Below are positions 12,825 to 23,618 of a stretch of 64,000 bases of DNA, in pieces. Position 1 is the first letter of the stretch. Each line of letters begins with the position of its first letter. Made by a program: the position numbers and the translations under genes. Location of the stretch: positions 37,822,001-37,886,000 of the forward strand of contig NC_086109.1 of assembly GCF_963921235.1 (NCBI RefSeq), read 5' to 3'. Origin of the DNA: Mobula hypostoma (taxonomy: Eukaryota). The notes beneath the pieces were generated by a model. The model was given only the letters and a program-made list of their open reading frames with translations. It had not been told where the DNA came from and ran no database searches.

Positions 12825-13555
12825 TTTTGCAGCAGTGGTATGGTGCAATACATAAAACTACTGTAGTATGGTGCAAATGTCTTAGTCGCCTTAGCTATAT
12901 AGGAGGGGTGATTGATAAGTTCGTGGCCGAGGGTAGAAGGAGTCAATTTTAGAAAATCTAGCACATTTATTTTTCCTACATTTACACACTTAGTCCAGCA
13001 GTCATGGTGCATACAGATCCCTTCTTTATAGAAGTCGGCTTCTTGGACCTTCAGAAACTGGTCCACAGCAAGGGTGATTGATAAGTTCGTGGCCTACAGT
13101 AGAAGGAGATGAGGAGAAACTGCAAACTTTCTGCATTTTCACTCAAAGAGTTGAACTGCACGTGCATGTAACAAGAGCTGTATAACCCATCTCCTTCTAC
13201 CATAGGCCACAAACTTATCAATCACCCCTGCTGTGGACCACTGGAGGTCCAAGACGCTCTCATTACACGCATGTACAGTTCAGCTCTTTGAGTGATAATG
13301 CAGAAAGTTTGAAGTTAATAGCTCATCTCCTTCTACCTTAGGCCACAAACTTATCAGTCACCCCTTCTGTGGACCAGTTCTACAAAGAAGGGATCCGTAT
13401 GCTTCACGACCACTGGACTAAGTGTGTACATGTAGGAGGGGACTATGTTGAAAAATAAATGTGCTAGGTTTTCTAAAATTGACTCCTTGTACCTTAGGCC
13501 ACCAACTTATCAATCACCCCTCATATATGTGCCTAAGACTTTTTCACAGTACTGT
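12825..13555 (-). mobile_element. Tc1-type mini-palindrome plus LINE-tail composite, host of the mariner MITE
   Basis: gtgcaaatgtcttagtcg...tgcctaagactttttcacagta TIR pair; the adjoining tail matches 48030-48075 in reverse complement. Confidence 0.6.
12902..13523. mobile_element. Mariner-type fold-back MITE
   Basis: TA-flanked; terminal gaggggtgattgataagtt..tggcc inverted repeats extend about 280 bp; TIR motif repeated internally near 13070, 13215 and 13345. Confidence 0.9.
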
Positions 13556-14299
13556 ACGTGTCAGTCAAAGCACTCCCGACAGCAGTCAAATCCGTATATG
13601 CCCATTCGCTTTCAAAGCCTTGCTTCTGCAGGCCCTCATCGTTTCCGAAGTCAGCAGTAATTTGAAATGTCTTCAAATCACACTGACAGGCATCTTTTAG
13701 TGAAGACAGGATTCCCTTCCGTTTTTGTTCCCTTGCTATTTCCTTGCATGTGTGATGATCTTCCAATACAGGCAGATGGCCTAATCAGTGTAATCATCTT
13801 TGCACATGGCTGTCATGCATAGCAGTCCTTTGGAAAACCTCTGCTATGGTAACTCTCTCTTGCCAATTGATATTGAATTTATAGTTTATGCCACAGAAGC
13901 AAGCTATTTTAACTTTTATTCTTGGTATACATAACGTGAAGCATAGATACTTCAACATCATGTATAAGACATTATTAGGAAAGTAGGCAGGGTACATTTC
14001 CAACACCATTATAAATACAATTCACAGTATGCTTTTGCTTTTCCCATATATATTGAAGTACCAGGTAGATAAATTAGAACAGAACAGTATAGTTGTAAGC
14101 ACAAGCTACATTGACTCATTGTTTTTATCTGTTTGATTTTTTATGATGATTACAGGGTAATTTTGACCTAGGTAGTATTTATTCCCTACCCCACAAGATT
14201 TGTATGTAGAGTTGGCAGGAACCAAAGTTTTTATCAAAATATTGTTGTTAATTGACAATGTTTAGTTGAGTGTGGATAAGGAACATCATCAATATTTAA

Positions 14300-15800
14300 C
14301 AAATAGTACATGTGGAGTCTATTTTTGTACAGATCCAACTTAAAGCTGCAATGAACAAGATATGACAAATGCAATAGGTGTCTATGCAAACAAGATGATG
14401 CACAAATAGCTTCAAATACCAAAGAGTAAAATCTTTCAAAATCAGAAGCAAAACTAGCTACATGAAGCCAACAGAAATTACAAATGTGCATTTGCAAAAA
14501 AAAACAGAAGTCTTACTTACATGCAAATTAATTGTGACCAGTCTGGGGAAAAAAGTGTAGCAATTATGAGGACAAGTAAATCTCAGAACACCACAGAATC
14601 AAGATCATTCATAGGAATAACTGATTTTCACGGTAGATCTTAGTGTCAGTGACTGAAGATAAGAAGCACAATTGAAGAAAAGAATATCATATGACATATG
14701 GTTTACTTAAGACAAATCTGGAATGTGAAACTTTTCTTGTTAATAATGCTACAACACGCTTGTTGAAATTTCTGTGTGATGGCATAAGACCAGCTTTAAT
14801 TTAGGTAATGGATAAAGGGCAAGAGAAAAAGACTGCACTTGAAATGTGTGCATTGCTGAAGAATCATAGAAATGATGCCCAAATTGAGACAGATGCACTA
14901 AGGATTTCTTCGGAATAGAAAAGTTTAATTAGATCTTATTGAGGAGATCTATCCTGGTAACAGAACACAATTAATTGTTTGCAATACTTGACCCTAAGTT
15001 GCAATATTAATGGCAATTTTGTTGAGAATTCCAAGCTGGACTAATTTTCAATGTCAATACAATGTCTTGACTAGTCTGAGCTTCAGAGTAAAATGCTATT
15101 GCAAATATACTGTTACTGCTGTATGTGAATCAGATAAAAGAATTGAAAGCAGAGACCTTGACATCGAAAATAGCAGAAGATGAATTTCTGGTCACAGGAA
15201 TAGAGTAATATCAAAAAGATACGAACAGTTTATAGAATGACTACACAATAAAACTTCAGTTCAAGTTCAAGTTTATTGTCATAGGCATACATATATACAA
15301 GGGTATAAAAATATGATGAAGTCGATAAATGTTTAGATGAAGCAATGAGACCATTCTCATTAAACAAGCTGGCAATTGAACAAGGTTATGTAATATGGAA
15401 CGTAGAGTTGTCAAATCAGATGAGCTAAGAACACAAATTCTGGAAAAGTTTAACTATGAATATCCTGTTAATATGAATGTGAAAGCATATAATTATACCT
15501 TCTGGTTATTGACTAGGTCTAGATAAAGATCTTGAAGTGTTAGTACTTAGGTATTGTCAAAACTACATAGTCATTAGAGCAAAGAAACCTATACGAAAGA
15601 TGAAAATACTGAACACGATCTTTTCAAAGTACACACATAATTTTTAAGGGTAGGGAACTGATTATTTGTCAGTATTCAAAGATAGTTACTCAAAATAAAT
15701 TAGGTGAAACAAAATGGATGTTCAGCTCCACTTTGTAATGACATGGGTTACCAGAAGAACTAATTTTAGGCAATTTTGGTAATCTCAATCAGATTTTTTT
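14300..15800 (+). mobile_element. Ancient Gypsy pol fossil (RT, RNaseH, integrase)
   Basis: Broken motifs in Gypsy order: CAFAKK.EV (~14485), RSFIG..DFHGR (~14602), LVTEH (~14954), GLDKDLE (~15516), DSYSK (~15681), GLPEELI (~15746). Confidence 0.6.
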
Positions 15801-15834
15801 AGGTACAGTAACAAAATGATAATAAATAGAGCCA

Positions 15835-16288
15835 CTAGAAAGCCTGCAGATGCTAGGAATCCAAAGCAACACACACAGAATGCTGGAGGAACACAGCAAG
15901 TCAGGCAGTATCTGTAGAAATGAATAAACAGTCAATATTTTGGGCCGAGACCCTACTTCAGGACTGGAAATGAAAGGGAAGATGCCAGACCAAAAAGACG
16001 GGGGGAGGGGAAGGAGGATAGCTCAGTGATATGTGAAGCCAGGTAGGTAGAAAAGATAAAGGGCTGAAGAGGAAGGAATCTGATAGAGAAGCAGAGTGGA
16101 CCACAGAAGGAAGGGGAGGAGGAGTGGATCCAGCAGGAGGCGATAGACAGGTGAGAAGAGCAGAAAAGAATAGAAGAGGGAAAGGGGGGAATTTTTTTAA
16201 CAGGAAGGAGAAATTGATATTCATGCCGCCAGATTGGAGGCTACTCGGACAGAATATAAGGCGTCGCTCCACCACCCTGAGGGTGCAG
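15835..16288 (-). mobile_element. Penelope-like 3' fragment with decayed hammerhead
   Basis: RLIFCPSSLQSGGMNI (ORF 15958-16275), then terminal repeat; hammerhead remnant at about 15930-15965. Confidence 0.9.
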
Positions 16289-16574
16289 TAAGAATATTAA
16301 CTACCTCACTAATTCACCATAATATCCAACATCAAATGATGCATCTTAAAGTTTATCAAGGATTATGAAAAAAGGAGTGAAAAAGCAAACATTACAGGTC
16401 TGTTCCAGTTTAGCAACCTTTTTATTAAACTTTTTTTCCTGAAACTACACATTGAGCTATGCAGGCTAATATGCAGAGAACTCTCAAAAGCATGGATGAG
16501 CTTATTTCAGCCAATACTTGTGCCAGCATGGTACAATAGAAAATACATTCGGGGAAATTTACTTCGGGGATAAA

Positions 16575-16760
16575 AAACTATCTACTAACCAACCCCCTTG
16601 TGGAACGTGGGAGCAAACTGGAGCACCCTGAGCAAATGAACATGGTCTCAGACAGAAGGTGCAGCCTATGCATAGAAATGAAGTGCGGTCAGGACTGAAC
16701 CTACAGCAGGTCTCTGGAGCTGCAAGGCAGCAGCTCGGCTATATATGCCATGGTGCTGCC
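16575..16760 (-). mobile_element. HE1/V-type tRNA-derived SINE
   Basis: V-domain-like gggtgctccagtttgctcccac and a tRNA-like head. Confidence 0.75.
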
Positions 16761-16811
16761 CTTATCCCCTTACAAAACCAGCATCTATATACAATTTTTA
16801 GTTCAAATTTC

Positions 16812-17120
16812 TTTTTTTTTAAGCGTGCGCCTGCGTGCGCGTGAGTCTGCATGTGTGTGCATGCACATCTGTGCGTTTGCGTGCGTAAACCATGATGATG
16901 TCTTTTTCATGGCTTTTACAAGGCGCAGAGCGAGAGAGAGAGACTGTGTGGCCACTCCTCACACAGACATTTTCGCAGTATTTTTCCCTTTATTTTACAA
17001 GGTTGATTTGTGATCTCGACACTCAACCCGGCACGGATGGAAAGCGGACCTGACTGGTTTCGAACCCAGGAACCTCCCTCCTGGGTCCGACGCCGATGTC
17101 ATTGCCCCACCAGCCAGTCC
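16812..17120 (-). mobile_element. tRNA-derived SINE with 16-bp TSD
   Basis: A box tggggcaatga; B box ggttcgaaacc; TSD ttttagttcaaatttc at 16796-16811 and 17121-17136; RY-repeat and A-rich tail. Confidence 0.9.
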
Positions 17121-17136
17121 TTTTAGTTCAAATTTC

Positions 17137-17430
17137 AAAATAATTTTATCATCAAAGTATGTATATTATGTACTTATACATATATTAGTACCTTGAGATT
17201 CATTTTCTTGTGGGCATTTATAGAAAAAAAAGAAATACAATAGAATTTTATGAAAAACTGTACATGAACAGAGACTGACACACAACCAACGTGCAAAAGC
17301 AGTTAAACTGCAAATAACAATGAAGAGCCCTTGAAAGTAAGTCTGTGGATGACAGAGTCAATTCAGGATTGTGGTGAATGAGGTTATCCACACTGGTTCA
17401 GGAGCCTGATGGTTAAAGGGAAATAACTGA
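17137..17430 (-). mobile_element. Rex1/L2-type LINE 3' end
   Basis: Reverse complement of ..ccatcaggctcctgaac..; related 3' region at 38520-38600. Confidence 0.55.
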
Positions 17431-17957
17431 AGAACTGAAGGGTAATAAAGGAGTTCATTTTTTTTCCAGATTCAGGTTTATTTATCATATGTACATTGAA
17501 GCATACAGAGAAATGTGTTGTTTATGTTAACCGCCAACACAACCCAGGGAGGGGTAGTATTTGCTACCGAGGGTATTGGCGATGGTGGTTAAAAATGCCA
17601 TTCACTTTGATCTCAAGTGACCTTTTAGTACAACAGGGTCAGCACCTCATGGTAGTTTGACCATTGATTCCCTCACATTATCTCCTGTTACTAATCCCCT
17701 TCTTCCTTCAGATCTCTGACTGCATGGCAAATTCCTCCTAGCCTCTTGTTCTGCCAACCGAATGACCATTCAGGCTTGACCTGTTTTGTCCATGTTTGCA
17801 ATTTTCTGAAGTAATAAATTGGCATCTACCATTGTGTAGAAAGGCCAAACTCAACAAAGAACATTTTGTTTCAGAAATATCATACCAAAAGCATTGCACG
17901 GCAAAACTAAGTAACCAGACTCGGGGGATGGCTGTTTGCTTGACATCCACAGGCAGA

Positions 17958-18182
17958 TGTAGTTTTAGCCATTTCAAAACAAGAAGATAATTCAAAGGAA
18001 GACAAACAACTTCAAAATACAAGTCTAACTTTGTTTTTTACTTTAAGCAATATCACGTGGTAGTGTGATGACATATGCAATTCCTATATAACCTGTAATG
18101 AATTATTTAAGCAAACAAGAATGCTAAACCAAATGATATATTTACAATATTACTCAAATGCTACTGAAATATTAAATATACA
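17958..18182 (-). repeat. 3' LTR
   Basis: Aligns with 20872-21068 (ttcaaaaca, taattcaaagg, tatgcaattc, aatgaattatttaa, atatatttacaatattac). Confidence 0.88.
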
Positions 18183-18271
18183 ATCCTCCTCCTTGCTTAG
18201 CTATAAACTCCAATAGCATGCCAAATATACAGGCGGTGTACTATATAATACAACTACTATATACAGACATT

Positions 18272-18528
18272 TTCTTTTAGCGTGTCGCACCCGTCAGTCA
18301 GCCATTCTTGTCTGGCGCGTGGTGTCAGGATTGGTCTCCTTTCGGATTAACCAGGTCACAATATGAACGTTCCTGACTCGACCCTTTTTTTTACAAGGCC
18401 GAGTGGCTAGCTCGACGCTCAACCTAGCACGGCTGGAAAGCGTGCTTGGGGGGTGGCTCGACTTGGATTCAAACTCGGGAGCCTTTGCTCCAGAGCCCGG
18501 TGCTGATGCCATTGTGCCACCAACCAGC
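18272..18528 (-). mobile_element. tRNA-derived SINE inserted in the Gypsy 3' region, 8-bp TSD
   Basis: A box tggcacaatgg; B box gtttgaatcc; TSD cagacatt at 18264-18271 and 18529-18536; body shared with 16990-17120. Confidence 0.88.
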
Positions 18529-18764
18529 CAGACATTCATATCATAATACATTTTAAATTGTCCCACACAAGCCTAAAGATTTAATTGCTGTGGAGTCTTG
18601 CTTCCTCTTGTGGGATTTCGTTTTTCCTGACACAGGGAATCACTCTACCTGACAGTTGAGACTTGTGGCTGTGAAACAATCTCAGGTTTTGGAGCCTTGT
18701 CCATGTTGGTTACTGTATTTGACTTTGAGATGGCAGGAAGTGGATCTGACAGCGGTAGCTGCCT

Positions 18765-19345
18765 TTCTTGTTCTCCTTTTTTTCTTCTTCTACTTTGTGA
18801 TCTTGATCTTTGGAAGGTGCATTTAGTTCACTGGAGTATTCTCTTATTAATCCTTCTATTGCTCCCTTTACGATCTGATCTTCCTCATAATTTCTTCATC
18901 CACAACATCCTCTGATGAATCCACTGTTTTCATATCTCCATTGACTCCTTAATTTTTGGCCTTCCGTTCACCAAGCAAGGCTTTGGTCTTTGTATCTGCT
19001 TTTACAAGCAGCTTTTTGTCTTCCTCTTGAAGTTCATGCAACAACCTTAATGCACACAGATTGTGTTGTTTTATACTCACAAAAGGCAAATGCTTGCAAT
19101 TTTCCTGAAGCTTTTAGACCTCTCTTCCAGCTTAAAACTAAGCCACATTTTGCAAGTAACCGCCTGATTAACATATCAGAAGCGTTCTCAGATATATTGC
19201 CTACAAAAACCGTTATAGTCAGAACAGTGCTTTCATCATTTTCATGCCTCCTCTGAGCAACATGGTCCTTCCTTGGTCCAGTTATGCTTTCCAACCATAG
19301 GCACAGAGATTGACACCAACACCTGTTGGGCAAGAGTTCATGGTG
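18765..19345 (-). pseudogene. RBM25: Processed partial RBM25 (RRM plus flanks) inside the LTR element
   Basis: GPRKDH...ENDE..TITVFVGNISENASDMLIRRLLAKCGLVLSWKR..ASGKLQAFAFCEYK / ALRLLHELQ..KKLLVKADTKTKA / DQIVKGAIEGLIREYSSELNAPS; frameshifts and one stop. Confidence 0.92.
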
Positions 19346-19364
19346 TAGATCATGGAGATATTTG

Positions 19365-20588
19365 TGGCAGTATCCAGTACCATTCTTAATTCACTTTCAG
19401 TTGACTCTGTTGCAGGAGTTTTGGAACGCAAATAGAGGATGGATCTCTGATCAAATTGTATTGTCTCAGTCAATCATGTCCCACAATTCTCGACCTCCTG
19501 TTTTTACCACATACAAACTCAATGTGGTTTGCCGGTTGTTGTGATTCATTGTCATGAATGTCATTCTCACAGGAGTTACATTTTCTCCAGTATAAGTTCT
19601 TAGTTAGATATCTGCAGGCTTCTGTTTAGTATCTGTGCAATTCCATTCAAACTCATTTTATGGAATGACAGAAACAGCTGAGCCACTGTCCAGATCCATT
19701 TTAATTAATTTTCTGTTCATATTGCTTGTCTATTGTTAGTTTTAACACTGTAAATCTCAAGGGTACTCAGTCTTAAGTCACTCTCATGAATATCAAATTT
19801 TTTCATGAACAGCATACAGATGTGCTCTTTTTGAAACAGCAGCTTGACTTCTTATCTTTTTCTCTTCTCTGTGTAGTCCACGTTTTTTTGTCTGCCTGGC
19901 ATGCTCTTTGTATGTATCCTACTTTGTTGCATTTTCTGCAGAAACTGAAATATGCATTGGGCTGGTGTATGCGAGCTCCTGCTACAACAGTAATACTATT
20001 TGTTTGGCCATGCAGGCCGCTGTCTAAATGCTGTAATTTTGTTTACGCTCACTTTCATTACTGACTGCAAATCACTTGTGTCTCTGTCTTTTGTTTCCAT
20101 TGATACAGTCATTTCAACTGCTCTTTTGGAGGTAAATTGTAGCAGTTCAGTTAGGGCATTGTTTGAATGCTTTCTTGTAAGATTTCATACACTAAATAAT
20201 CTCTCAGTGCATCATATGTCTATTGCCAAACTAACAACGCTCAGACAATCTCCTTAATTTAGCCACATAGGTTGAAAAGGAACTCCCTTTCCTTTAGATT
20301 CAGCTTATGAAACCTAAAACATTCGGCAATCAACAATTGTTTCACTTCTAAAGGCTCCCGCATTACTTTTACAATAGGAGCAAAGCTAATTTCTGCTGGT
20401 TTGGCAGGAGTAGTTAAACTTCAAGGTAAACTGTATGTCTTTAAATCCAATGCACTCAACAAAAGTGGTACTTGTTTCTCATTGGAAATTCCACTTACTT
20501 CAAAATGCTGTTCAATTTGCCAAGTAAATGAAATCCAGTTATCTGTTGTGTAATTAAACACATCAGTATTTCTGACATAGTTAGCCAT
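19365..20588 (-). pseudogene. Gypsy gag-protease remnant
   Basis: ATG at 20588 (MANYV..VFNYTTDNWISF..QIEQHFE..EKQVPLLLSAL); zinc knuckle CRKCNKVGYIQRAC (~19900-19940); protease KMDLDSGSAVSVI (~19665-19705). Confidence 0.88.
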
Positions 20589-20871
20589 TTTTACTCTTTT
20601 TTTATTATTATTATTATTATCACCTGGTACTCACTGTTTATGAACTGAGAATTATTCTATTTTGTGCCTTTTTTAAACTTGATCGTGTCTTCCCTTTTGA
20701 ACAACATGTGCTTTGCTGCTTTTTTAAACTCAACTGTCTCTGCATGTACCTAGCTGTGTTTTTTTCGCTCACCATTCCCTACTGCACTGTTTTTTTTAAC
20801 TTGAACGTCTTTCTGCACTTCAACAGGTCGATAGCCATCTCAGATTAACTTTGAAAATACCTCATCACCAC

Positions 20872-21068
20872 TGTTATGTTTTGTAACTTCAAAACATTAA
20901 ATTAATTCAAAGGGAGATATGTTATTTTCACATGATAGCATAATGACGTATGCAATTCACATACTTAAATACAACCCAAAATGAATTATTTAAATAACCA
21001 AGAGTCCTTAATCAAACAATATATTTACAATATTACACAAATACTGCTGAATTGTTAAATACACAACA
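20872..21068 (-). repeat. 5' LTR
   Basis: tgtt...aaca termini, adjacent PBS, homology to 17958-18182. Confidence 0.88.
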
Positions 21069-21908
21069 GTAAGTCTTGCCAAAGTAGCGCAAGTTCAGTT
21101 TCTGCACTCTGATAGTTTTCATGTTTGAGAAATTACAGAATATCAGATAAATTTATTATGGCTGCATATAAGCATAAGTTAATCAAGGCAGAATGAGTCA
21201 CAAAAGAATACCAAGCTCCTTTCAAAGACATGGTAATTAGGAATGAGTAGATCTAAAGAAAATTAAATCAGATAAAGCTATCAAATTGATAACATATGCA
21301 GATTTTTTTAAAAAAGGAAGCACCATAAAAGGCAACAGGAAGAAATTAAGGACCTTCAGGAGCAAATCTGCTCTGAGGAAAAAGATGTGCAATATTCCAC
21401 AGCTGTTAAGCAGCAGTGCAGTGTGACAATCTAGCAGCTGACAGTGCTTTTCAAGAACTGTTAAATGTGAAATTGTGTTGGAAAAGGGCCAGGCTGAAAA
21501 TATGGTCCTTAAATGCCAGATTCAGTATCCAAGAAAATCTATCAAGGAATGAGAAATAGACCATTCTTTCGTAGAACTGATGGGCAGATTGGGTAAATGA
21601 CCAGCAGAATTATCAAAGATGTAAATAACTCCAGATGTAGTAATGTTAGGAAGTATGATCCACGGGGAAATCTTCTCCCTGAGAGATCAATACCAGTACT
21701 GTATGTTGTTAGTTCTAGAATTTTAAAAAATTCTGATAGTGGCAGGTAAAACAAAGTCTGCTCCATGCCACAGCATCCTAATGAATGTACAATACCAGCG
21801 CATTCGAAGTCTGAGTGGGAGAGGGGGTTGTGGTATTAAGAAGGGTAAGCTTCCCCCACAGAATTCTATTTGGGATCAGAGATACTGTATATAGTCTTGC
21901 TGTTACAT

Positions 21909-23152
21909 AGAACCATAGAAAATAGGTGCAGGAGTAGGCCATTCGACCCTTTGAGCCTGCACCACCATTCAGTATGATCATGGCTGATCATCCAACTCAG
22001 AACCCTGTACCTACCTTCCCTCCGTACCCACTGATCCCTTTAGCCACAAGGGCCATATCTAACTCCCTCTGAAATATAGCCAATGAACTGGCCTCAACTG
22101 TTTCCTGTGGCAGAGAATTCCACAGATTCACCACTCTCTGTGTGAAGAAGTTTTTCCTAATATCGGTCCTAAAAGGCTTCCCCATTATCCTCAAACTGTG
22201 ACCCCTCGTTCTGGACTTCCCCAACATCGGGAACAATCTTCCTGCATCTAGCCTGTCCAATCCCTTTAGGATTTTATACGTTTCAATCAGATCCCCCCTC
22301 AATCTTCTAAATTCCAATGAGTATAAGCCTAGTCCATCCAGTCATTCATCATATGAAAGTCCTGCCATCCCAGGAATCAATCTGGTGAACCTTCTTTGTA
22401 CTCCCTCTATGGCAAAGATGTCTTTCCTCAGATTAGGGGACCAAAACTGCACACAATACTCCAGGTGTGGTCTCACCAAGGCCTTGTACAACTGCAGTAG
22501 TACCTCCCTGCTCCTGTACTCGAATCCTCTTGCTATAAATGCCAGCATACCATTCGCCTTTTTCACCGCCTGCTGTACCTGCATGCCCACTTTCAATGAC
22601 TGGTGTATAATGACACCCAGGTCTCGTTGCACCTCCCCTTTTCCTAATCGGCCACCATTCAGATAATAATCTGTTTTCCTGTTTATGCCACCAAAGTGGA
22701 TAACCTCACATTTATCCACATTAAATTGCATCTGCCATGAATTTGCCCACTCACCTAACCTATCCAAGTCACCCTGCATCCTCTTAGCATCCTCCTCACA
22801 GCTAACACTGCCGCCCAGCTTCGTGTCATCCGCAAACTTGGAGATGCTGCATTGTATTCCCTCATCCAAGTCATTAATATATATTGTAAACAACTGGGGT
22901 CCCAGCACTGAGCCTTGCGGTACCCCACTAGTCACTGCCTGCCATTCTGAAAAGGTCCCGTTTATTCCCACTCTTTGCTTCCTGTCTGCCAACCAATTCT
23001 CTATCCACATCAATACCTTACCCCCAATACCGTGTGCTTTAAGTTTGCACACTAATCTCCTGTGTGGGACCTTGTCAAAAGCCTTTTGAAAATCCAAATA
23101 TACCACATCCACTGGTTCTCCCCTATCCATTTTACTAGTTACAACCTCAAAA
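21909..23152 (-). mobile_element. Young 5'-truncated CR1/HER1 LINE (same family as 5220-7291)
   Basis: ORFs 22342-23130 and 21997-22317; TSD ttacat at 21903-21908 and 23153-23158. Confidence 0.97.
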
Positions 23153-23618
23153 TTACATCCTGTTGCTAGAGTTCAACACACTTTGAATGATAAAAATAAA
23201 TCAAAGTACAAAAAGAAGAAATTTAACAGATACAGAAGGGGAACTAAGAAACATACTACAGTGTGCCCAAAGAAGAGTCTTTTACTTGTGGTAAGATTGG
23301 ACATCTTATCCTCATTACCCATCTCTCCTGGGTATGAGGATAAGCTACATCCGGCTGTGGAGCATTTGCTTTGGGGAATGAGGTTACCATTAACCACAGC
23401 TACCTCCAGGTCACCCTTAGGCAAGGTGTAGCACCTGTTAGCCTCCTTACTTGAGTTACAGTGAAGCCACGAATGCAAGTGGTGGATGAAGCAGAAGGCA
23501 AGTTGTGAGTTACACAATTGATGATTCCTGCTTCTCAGACGCTGAGCATCTTGTAAAGACACTGCATCGGAAGCAAGCAAGGGGAAACTACTTCTTGTAT
23601 TTTATCCCTAATACAACC

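Larger units (their letters stand above)
17958..21068 (-). mobile_element. Gypsy LTR retrotransposon, internally deleted, carrying a captured RBM25 cDNA fragment
   Basis: Two diverged TG..CA direct repeats; PBS tggtgatgagg (20860-20870); PPT taagcaaggaggagga (18184-18199); gag, protease and IN C-terminal remnants. Confidence 0.9.

Noticed and set aside
12902..13523. CRISPR-like repeat array
   Set aside because: Repeats are inverted TIR copies of a MITE in eukaryotic DNA
19034..19333. Functional RBM25 host exon
   Set aside because: Frameshifts, a stop, no splice context, and located between two LTRs
19350..19390. Second protease motif LRMVLDTAT
   Set aside because: It is the pol/insert junction region; the protease motif is LDSG at about 19690
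23395..23450. Canonical HDV-like or antisense twister ribozyme
   Set aside because: The L3 loop is too short with no catalytic C in J4/2, and twister pseudoknot residues are missing; kept only as a structured candidate
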